This document shows, in pieces, positions 38,422 to 47,738 of a stretch of 64,000 nucleotides of DNA (positions are counted from its first letter, which is position 1; each line of letters begins with the position of its first letter). The position numbers and the translations under genes were made by a program. The stretch is from NCBI RefSeq assembly GCF_009914755.1, contig NC_060926.1; one strand, 5' to 3'. This DNA comes from the human T2T-CHM13v2.0 reference genome, Homo sapiens. The notes under the pieces were generated by a model, which made no database searches, had not been told where the DNA came from, and saw nothing but the letters and a program-made list of their open reading frames with translations.

Positions 38422-40353
38422 CAGCTACCTGCTCAGCCCTGCACCATGCTGCTGGGGAAGACAGTGGCCCCAGCCCCGTCAGGCAGGGCCAGGGACAGAA
38501 GTCATGCAGGGACTCTGGCAAGAGCCTGAACTTTTTCGTAGAAGGTTCTGAATTGGCATTGCCCTTGCTGCACTCCGAGCAACCCAGTGGAGTCTTCACC
38601 AAAACAAAACAAGAGCGTATGTCAGGCCAGGAGCCTGGCTTGTCCCTGGCACAACATCATTTCTGTTTCTCAAGGAGCAACTGTGGGAAGACTGTCACTG
38701 CAGCTGCTCCAGGGCAAAAGAAAGTCTCAAGAGTCCTTTAAAACAAAACAGGAGGAATTGAGCTGATGGGAAAGAACTCTGAATGGGAATATTCCTAAAC
38801 CCATTAACTTATTTATTCGGGTGGGAGGGAGGGGACCGCGGGAGGGAGAGGAGGGATTGATCACAGGCTTCTTTTATTTCCACTGTTAATCATCCACCTT
38901 CACTATACTGTTGTTCTGTCTGCTTTGGGCAGGGTGTAGGAGAGAGACCGTGTGCCGTGGGGCTGGTGGCCTGCTCAGGGACAGCCATGGGGACCTGGCA
39001 GCTCAAAACAGATGGCAGCAGAACAAAAGAAACTTTTGCTTTGGAAGCACAGCCAAACTCCCCAGGGCATCGTCATAGATGGCACCTAGAGCATGGGCTG
39101 CCTCAGTCAGGGGGACGTGCCTGTGTTGTCCAGAGAGCCCAGCCAGGGACGAAAAAGGAGATGAGGCCCCTTTCCTCCATGTCCCCATGCCCAGACACAT
39201 ACCTTGGCCGTAATTTCTTTTAGAATCCCTTTGGGAAGGAAATACAGGATTGAGGGATTTTGGAGTTTCTGGTAAACTCACCCTCCCTCCAGCCCCGCTA
39301 TGAGGAGGAAAGTAGAGATGAAAGACTCACGCTGTTCATGGACTTGGAGAGGATTATCTTTGAGCCAAGATTTGGACAGGAGTGAAGTCGGTCCTTAAGA
39401 ATTTGTGGCGCGACCGGAGCTGGGCTCCTGACAGGTGGGCTTGTGTTGTGTCCCCTCTGATGGCACCAAAGTCCAGGGAAGGGGGCTCTTGATGTCTGCT
39501 GGGGGAGTGGGGGCAGCTCAGGATGAATGCAGTGCCCTGTCCTGGCTACTCACCTGAGGGTGTAGCTCGCAAAGGTGGGAATCTGGTGCTGGCTTTTCCT
39601 TCAGGCAGGATCACTCTGACTTGTTGAGTAATCAGTCATCAGGTTGGCCTGGTCAGACACACTGGACCCCACCTTCCAAACCCTGGACCCCCCCATGCTC
39701 TGCCTTTGTATAAGTTCCCACCCCACTGAATCATTGCTGCCATGCTCTGTACAAGTTTGTAAGTTTCTGAAAAGCCCCTGACATCTCCATGCTGATGCAA
39801 GTGAGACCCCTTCTGCCTAATGTGAGCGGTTGGCGTCCTCCACTTGGCCTCTGCTGGGCGCCTCAGTCGCTCAATGATGTGCTCTGTGCCGGGGCTTCCA
39901 AGCACCCTTCCTGCTAACAGAGGGCGGCCCAGTGGAGCCTCCGCTGGGCAGAACTGATGGGCAAGGCGTAATGGCTGGTAGCTTTCAGAATGTGAGGGAA
40001 AGGAAGAATTCCGCTTCATGGGGACTAGAGTTAGTGTGGGGCCTTTAAGTCTGGGAAGTTACATTCTGCTTCTTTCTCAGTTGCTACACAAATGTGCAGC
40101 CAGCCTTTTTTCTTAGGCCCACTGAGATCCCTGCTCAGTGCGTCTCAATTGTATCTCCAGTCTAAGAGGAGGGTGGGGGGCACCCGGGGCCTCCTCCACT
40201 CCTTAGGTGGCCCCCGAGCACATCTGCCAGGTAGAGTACCATGGGGAGGCCTCTGCCCTGAGCATCATCACAGGGGCGCCTCCAGACCTGGCTGAGAATA
40301 GCCTCTGCTTGGGCCTAGGAAGAAGGGCAGAAGTCCAAAGGAAACCTTGGTGA

Positions 40354-40358
<5 letters not shown>

Positions 40359-40402
<44 letters not shown>
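40359..40402 (+). repeat. (TG)22 microsatellite in MGAT5 3'UTR
   Basis: Perfect run seen directly. Confidence 0.98.
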
Positions 40403-40406
<4 letters not shown>

Positions 40407-42033
40407 AGCCTGTGCATTTCTTTTAAGCAAGGGCAGTTTCCTGCAGTAGGAGGGCAGATGACTGGCATCCTTGCTGTAAGGAAGAGCTTTTTCCTTGTGA
40501 ATGGGCCTCTTGGCTGTACCCTAGGGTGTGGGAATTTGCTAGAGTTCCCTGACCTGCAATCCCTGGGCCAGTGCCGCCCTCTCCTGGGCTCTTCCAGGAG
40601 CATTGAACACTGAGGATGTCAATGCAAGTATCTGACCAACAGGGGGAGCCTGCAGGCCGAGCAAAGTTTAACCCACTTAGCCACTGCTACTTAAGCAAGG
40701 AAGCTGAAAGGTAACCTTAGCCCTGCCTTGTGTTCCAAAAGCTGCAAGGATCATTTGCTGGCTGTCCCTAAGTTCAAGGCCTCCCTACCTTCCCCTTCTT
40801 TTCCAAGTCACAACCCGCCCTGCCCGGGCCAGACAGCCCAGAAGAACACTTTTCTGCCATTTAAAAATCCCTCTTTCATCCCCCCCAGTCCAGTATTGAG
40901 TGGAAGTGCGCCGGAGTTCCACTGACAGGGCAGCTGCTCTTGGAGCAAACAAGCCCACACTCCAGTTGTTTAGGGCATTATCTGAAGAGTCAGTGACCCC
41001 TGAATGTGTACTGGCTCCCAGGCCTCCTCAGACTTGGCCCAGGTCTAGTCAGTGATCCTGGAGAGGAAACTGGGGAGGGGGCTTCCAACTGCCCTGCATG
41101 GAAGAGGAGAGGAAGGTGCCCCTGTGTGGGCTGGAAGCCTGCAGAGGTTTTGCCGTTGCTGATCTTGATAGAATCCTAAACCGATTTATAGCTGATAACA
41201 GTTCCATGGGGAGAGAAATCCTAAGTTATGATTAATGTTTTTCCCCGCTATAATATCTTGCCTGTTTTTTTGGATTATTTTCCCCATTGTGATCCTAAGC
41301 TCTTAAAAAACTTGAGGGAAAACATTCATCTAATTTACTAAAAGAGAAAGCTTTCCATTGAAAGGTAGATACTTTGAGGAGTAAAAAGACTTCTTTGAAT
41401 GCTGGTAAACACCGCATTTATTTTGTGTATGCAGTTTGATTTGCACATGTATAAATGGAGATGCTTTTCATTTTTGTTTGGACTGGGTTTGTGTCACTGC
41501 TCATTACAGTTTGCTTTTTTGTGTGTTTGCTGTGCGTTTGGAGATATTAGTCAGTTTCTTTAGTGATATTTGTTTCCTTGATGTGCCTTTTTGTTTTTCT
41601 TTGGGGTTTTTGGAATCCGGATGCTGTTGAAGGGCAATAGCAGACTCCTCCAGCTAAGAGACAGGACATGTTCTTGAGCCACTGTAGCTGTTGAAGCTGG
41701 ACACCAGACGCTCCCTATAACCCCCCCGCCAGGCCATAGCGTGTATGCATGTGCACTTCCACCCACAGAGGAGGGTGTGAAGCCTTGAGAACCTCAAGAA
41801 AGGGCTGGATTCTGCCATACCTTTGGGTCTACCTTGGGACTGCTGGTTGCCAACGTGTCAACCAGCCTGTGTTCCCTGCCACCCACGCACTTGCTGAGGT
41901 GTGGCTGAGGCAGAATCATGTGAATGGGTGCATCCAAGGAGTTCAGGGCCCTGCTTGGAGAAGAAATACTTTAGCATCATGAAAGGGAAAGAACGTGCAC
42001 CCCTTTTTTGTTTCTTTAGTGAATGCAAGATTT

Positions 42034-42039
42034 AATAAA
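42034..42039 (+). terminator. Candidate proximal polyadenylation signal of MGAT5
   Basis: AATAAA preceded by a U-rich tract (42004-42017); usage inferred. Confidence 0.5.
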
Positions 42040-42594
42040 AGTGAATAATGAGCTTCCCCTTTGGGAGTGGAGCCCAGTGCAGCTCACTGACAGGGTTGAC
42101 ATCAGTATGATGTGTTGGACTGAAACTGTATGTCTGTAGGTAGGTGTGTGCCTTTTAGGGCAGACCACGGTGGCCACCCCATTTCTCCAAGGTGGTTTAC
42201 CTAGCTTGTGTATATTAGACATTGCCACCCTCACCTCTGGCCAAAAATTCTTGATTTAAAAAGAAAAGTCTATTTTGTTAACGACAGGCTCTGTTGTATG
42301 TGTTACTATCCCAAGCCTGGATTATTTTATTTATTTAAAAGTATTTTAATTTCCATATTGGCTTTATTCTAATCCCATCCATCCCTGTGGAGCTGCAGAG
42401 CATCTTCATGTGAGTAGACGGATGGACATAAATAGATTCATGCTCATTTAGGAAGCTGGGAGTTTCGTGAAGCTGAGGGTGAGTTCCTGTGATTCTTGTT
42501 CGCTTCAACAAAAAGTGGGAGACCAAGTTTTTATAGCAAAAGACCAAATTAGCTGTAGAGTCTTGAATGCAGAAAAAAATTACCCTAGCTTTCT

Positions 42595-42680
42595 TAGCAC
42601 TTAGGGTTTTGTGAGGATTCAGTGTTTAGCACAGTGCTTGGCACATAGTAAGCCCTAGTAAATGTTAAATATTGTTATTA
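42595..42680 (+). mobile_element. MIR 3' fragment within MGAT5 3'UTR
   Basis: ttgtgaggatt...tttagcacagtgcttggcacatagtaagccctagtaaatgtt. Confidence 0.7.
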
Positions 42681-44173
42681 GTGTTTCGTAAAACTTGAGA
42701 AATAGAGCTGAGCTCATTCCCTTCCTGTTGATTCAAAAATAATACCTACATGAAAACATGATTCCAAGTTGATTGAATGTTGTAGGAATTACTGGTTTAG
42801 AGTAGCCCAGTTCTCGGCCTACCCTGCTGGTTGGGATCTTACTGTATTCTTGAATGCACTGGTTTGAAAATATGCCAGACTTCAGCCCCCAAGGAAACAA
42901 GGCTGCAAGAATTTATGAACTCCAGCTGGAAAAGGTAAAGGTGACCTTTGGCTAGCCACATACTGGACCTTACCCCACTGACGTCTTTCAGAACATTCCA
43001 AGGGTTTTCCTCAAGGAACATTTTTGAGCTAGAAATTAAAATGGGTTCTCTGGCAGACTGCACCCCTTGAGTCAAAGTTAACAGTATTCCTTTGAATGCA
43101 ATAATAGAGGCTTTTCTGCGTTAAGGGAGAAGGAATGACCAATTGAACTTACACATTCCCCAGGCAGGTCCCTTTGCCGGCCCCTACAGGCTGGGGTGGC
43201 CCCTCCTGTCCTCAGGGATCAGACTCCCAGACTGGTTAGTTCTGCATGTTTCCATCAAATTAAAGGTTATTCCCTGGCCGCCTCCTGGAGAAAACCAACC
43301 CCACCCTGCCAGCTGGGGGCAATGGGGCAGGGATTTTGGCCTCTCAGAACAGCTCCTAGAGGCTGCTCATGACTGAATGTTTTCCCAAATCACCTAAATA
43401 TCGGTTTGCTTTTTGTTTTGGGGGAGAGGATTTAGCCTCTTACTTCCCTGATGGATTCAAAGTTTTATCTATCTCCTTATCTCCTGCCCTGTCTTGGCAC
43501 AACTCTGGATAGATTGCAGGTGTGGAATTTGCTGGAGTTTGGTGACTTCGTCAAATTCCTTTGGATTCTGTTCCGCCAAATCAGCAGTCTCGTCCTGTGG
43601 ATGCAGTGACTGGAATTTCCCATCTGCAAAGCATCTCTGTAGCCCAGATTTTGTGGAGCCTTAAGACACTCCCTCAATGCCACCCTGACCCCACGGCTGG
43701 AGAACCCTGTGCTTATGTGGTGGGCAGGGCCACTGTTGATGGAGGATGGCGGGGACGGGGTGGTGCTCAAAGGATCTGTGGTGCTGGAGGTCTACACGCC
43801 TCTCAGGACAGCGTGTCAGGAACCTCAGAGCAGCTTCACATCTGCCAAAGCTGAGAGGGAGCGAACTTGGGAAGCATTTTGCTCATTGTCCTACCCAAGT
43901 ATTAATAGCATAATAGTTGATGCCAAAGGAGATGGTGACGTCCCTTCCACTGTAGTTGCTGTCACAACCTTGACGTCTTTAAGCTAATGGCCGTTTGCAT
44001 CTGTGTCTTCAAACAGATCCTGGTTACAGCCATTTTGTGTGATTCACTTCGGGGGTTAAGTAATGCAGGATTCTGCAAACAAGGTGTCGCCGTCCAAATG
44101 TACTGTCCTGGCATAGAGAGCACTGCTTTGTTTTCCACTGTTGTAGAGAAAACTAGGGAGAACTTTATTTTTC

Positions 44174-44179
44174 AATAAA
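44174..44179 (+). terminator. Distal polyadenylation signal of MGAT5
   Basis: AATAAA flanked by U-rich upstream sequence and GU/U-rich then G-rich downstream sequence. Confidence 0.8.
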
Positions 44180-45329
44180 CTTTTCTTGTGTGACAGGTGG
44201 AAGTGATTTTTGGGGGGGCGGGTGCATGCAGGGTCACCTCCACAACAAAGCTGAGCTGCTGTCTAGGCGCGTCCCCAGCACACAGCTTCCCCCAGCTGTA
44301 TTTCACGGTTTGCAGCACACTGTTGAAACTGCTGGTAGGAAGACAGGAAGGTATACTTAAGGAGTGGAGAGGGGAAGGTTTTACTACTGTGTATTCCTTC
44401 CCTTATATCACATCCACCACTACTCATGTTAGCGCACTCTCCTTGTGCTGCCTTCCCCTAGAAGGAAATTCAATTAGAAAGTGAACTGCTAGATTTTGAG
44501 AAAAATCTTTAAGAATGAGCTAATAAAAATAGCTCTATAAGGGGCTGAGCACCAGCGACCATTGGACCTAGAATAGATTTCTCCCTTTCAAGAGCAGCTT
44601 TTGAGCCAGGAAGCAGTGAGCCATGAGCAGCTGGTTAGGCAAATGCCCTGGAGACAGGGAAGGTTAGTCCATGCCCCACCCAACAGTTTGTCTGCAGATG
44701 ACACTGGCCCTCATCTGCATGGCCTCTCTGAAGCTGGCGGGCCTCCTGGCTACGGCCCAAAATGGACACCCCACACAGTTCACATAGCATGTTAGAACAC
44801 AAGGGAAAGCCGAGTGCCTGCATTTGGGCAACGCTACCAGTGTCACTTCCCCTCCCTGAGCTTCCATGATGTATATTAGACACAACGAGAAAACCAGCAG
44901 AAGAGAAACCTACAGGCTCCTACACTTCCCAATCTTTCTTTAGTTCATGTTGTTACATATTAACATCCCTTGACGTATTCCTCAGTACTGCTGGGGAAGC
45001 AACCTGAAAGCATGGTACTGGACCAAGTTTCCATGACCTCACAGAACAAACTCCCTTCACTGGCGTGGAGGGGAGACAGGGCCCCAAAGCTGCAGCAAGG
45101 CCATGGAGCAGCTGTCCCTCGGTGCCAGGTGAGTGTGTGGCCCCTACCTGAGTGGTCAGAGAGGGCGGCCTGCACCACAGTCCTTCAGGGTCTCCACGTT
45201 CAGCACCCCTAGGCACAAGCTTCCCCTCCCAGGTCATCCTTCAGCCACAGCAGAAAACCTGCCCATGACGGGTCTCCCCATGTGTTGGTGCCGCACGGTG
45301 ACGACTGCCAAAGATTGCCTTCCCATGCC

Positions 45330-46281
45330 ATACAAAACAGGTAAAGGTCTTTATTGGTCAGCCACTACTGCCCGGGCAAGCAGTGGTGTGAGAGGTACAG
45401 AACGGTGCAGGTTGGGGAACACTCTACAGAATCTAAACCTACCGTGACATCAGCTGAGAACGTCTTGTTCCTTACAGAGGGAGCGATCCATCTCTCACAG
45501 ACTGTAATGTACCATTACCACTTAACACAGCATATAGATATATGCATATACGGATAGATTATATTTATTTATTACAAATAAACTGTAGTTTCACATCTCT
45601 CAAAAATGGACCCAGTTTTCACATGGATGTTCAGGTTCTGAATGTACAAGAAAAGGTCAATGTGCTTATTTAATTCGTCCATGCAAAGCTTATACGTGTA
45701 TCACTAAGTACTTTAAAAAATAGAATGGTCTCCTTTTGAGCAAATCTGTTTAGACTCAGGATTAGTAAAACAGTATGAAATAATGAGATACACTGATAGA
45801 AATTAGGAAGTGACATACTGATGATTCTGGGTATGTAAAGGGTGAGGGGTACAATCTTCCCTTAAGACCTGCCAGGAAAGGAGAGACTTGGAACCAGGAG
45901 TGGCAGGGCCACCCAAGCTGGAGGAGGTGGGTCTGCTCAGTCCTATGCAGCGCAGGCTCAGAGCACCACCGAAGACCTTTCTGCCAAAGATCTCATCCTA
46001 CCCATGAGAACCATCATACTCCAGAGACTAAAAAACGCCAGTCCCAGCTGGAGACGGGGAAGGAGGTCCATTCCTATGGGCATTGTCCCAACATGTTTGA
46101 TGGGGGCGGCAGGTGATGGGGGCAAGGTAGATCCACCTGGCTGGGCAGACCTTGTCTTGTAATGACAAACCATGTGAAAGAAAACTTCCAAAAAGAAACC
46201 AGATGTTCAGTTAAATATTGGCACCCTTTGCCTATGTGGAAACTCCTCATCTCGATGGTCTCATGCGGATGCTGGCCCCCT
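45330..46281 (-). other. TMEM163: TMEM163 3'UTR (end approximate)
   Basis: Lies between the TGA stop (46284-46282) and the - strand AATAAA. Confidence 0.75.
45350..45355 (-). terminator. Polyadenylation signal of TMEM163
   Basis: TTTATT on + (AATAAA on -) ~930 nt after the stop, followed on - by U/GU-rich sequence; two further overlapping hexamers at 45564-45573. Confidence 0.7.
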
Positions 46282-46342
46282 TCACTCAAACATCTCGTAG
46301 TGACGTGTCTGCCTCACCCTCGGCACCATGTCGATGAGGAGT
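46282..46342 (-). CDS. TMEM163: TMEM163 terminal exon, coding part
   Basis: - strand gtcttcgtctttgcAG acceptor; completes Lys then LLIDMVPRVRQTRHYEMFE-TGA, the recalled TMEM163 C-terminus. Confidence 0.96.
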
Positions 46343-46409
46343 CTGCAAAGACGAAGACAGACAAGGTCACCTCCATGGCATGGGGCTGAAGAGCTTGGGG
46401 AAGCGTATT

Positions 46410-47015
46410 TTCATTTTTTTTTCCTGAGATAATTCACATACCATAAAATTCACCCTATGTGGCTCGGTGGTTTTTAGTATATTCATCCATTTGTGTTATC
46501 TCAGAAACCCCATGTCCACTGTACCATTCACTCCCCATCCTCCCCACGCCTGACGAGAAGTACCCTCCTTCTGGCCTCTATGGATTTGCCTATTGATATT
46601 TTATATAAACAAAATCACATAACGTGGCCTTTTGTGACTTCCTTCATAATATTTGAGGTCCATCTATGTTGGAGCGAGTATTAGCACTTCATTCCTTTTT
46701 GGGGGCTGAATAAGTGTCCACTGCACAGATCTACCACATTTATCCATTCATCTGTTAATGGACAATTGTGTTGCTTCTGCGTTTTGCCTATTGTGAATAA
46801 CTCTGCTGTGAATTTCACGGACAACTTTCAGTGTGGAGGTTTGTTTCCATCCTCCTGCAGTGTATACCAAGGACTGGAAGTGCTGGGGCGAATGGTAACT
46901 CTGCGTCCATGGCAGCACCATCGTCCATTCCCACAGCCATGGATGAGGGTTCCACTTTCGCCACGTCCTCACTGACGCTGGCAGTTGTCCCTCTTTTTGA
47001 TGATAGCCATCCTAC
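46410..47015 (-). mobile_element. L1MB-like 3' fragment in TMEM163 last intron
   Basis: tgagataattcacataccataaaattcacc...tctatggatttgcctatt...ttattagcacttcattccttttt-type motifs. Confidence 0.75.
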
Positions 47016-47596
47016 CTTTCCTTGAGAATGGAAGCATTTTAACATTTAAAAGCAGAGCACCCTTTAGAAATGGTTCTCTGAAAGGCCAGCTCCAGCCTGG
47101 GTGCTGAAGTCCATGTCAGTGATGCCAGCACGGCCTTTCTGCACTGACTAGTCCCCTTTTGCAAGAAGTTCTCTAAGGCTAGGGATGCGGCCTCTGGCCA
47201 GCACACTGTTGCATCCCCCATTTGTGGCAGGAGGGGCTCCACTTGTGAGGAAACCACGCAAAGGTGCTTCCCTGGGGCATCATGAAGACTGTCAGAGAGG
47301 AAGGAGCATAGATGTCAGGACACGAAGGGTCCTAAAGGCATCAGATGGAAATCAAGGAGTGCCTTTGTGGCTTAAAGGCCTGATACCTCTTGTCCCTGCC
47401 TCACTTCTGTGCCAGCCCCAAGGATATCTGACCCCTGCTGGGTGCTTTTCCAGTCACCTGACACTGGTCAGGCTCAGGAGGGGCACAGGTACAAAATATG
47501 ACCTTCAGAAGCCTGTCATTTCCTGACTGGGGAAGGCGGTGGAAAAGGGACACTCCTAGCTGCCAGGAAAGCAAACAGGAAAGCACAAGAACCTAC

Positions 47597-47738
47597 TTGA
47601 CCCCATAGGCAAATATGGTGAGGCCGATCAGAACGCCTATGCTGCCGTCCAGGTACCAGACCGCCGAGTCATGCTTGAACACTTCCGCGCTCAGAAGAAT
47701 GGAGAAGCCCATCACGCCACCCACGAGGGAGTTAAACC
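47597..47738 (-). CDS. TMEM163: TMEM163 penultimate exon, 142 bp, phase 1/2
   Basis: - strand cttcctttgcAG acceptor, GTaggt donor; (G)FNSLVGGVMGFSILLSAEVFKHDSAVWYLDGSIGVLIGLTIFAYGV(K), two hydrophobic helices of a CDF-like zinc transporter. Confidence 0.97.

Larger units (their letters stand above)
38422..44195 (+). other. MGAT5: MGAT5 long 3'UTR (~5.8 kb; end approximate)
   Basis: Follows the stop codon; almost free of interspersed repeats; U/GU-rich blocks; AATAAA at 44174-44179. Confidence 0.8.

Noticed and set aside
42335-43987. Small ORFs in the MGAT5 3'UTR on both strands
   Set aside because: No recognisable homology, splice structure or promoter; consistent with chance ORFs
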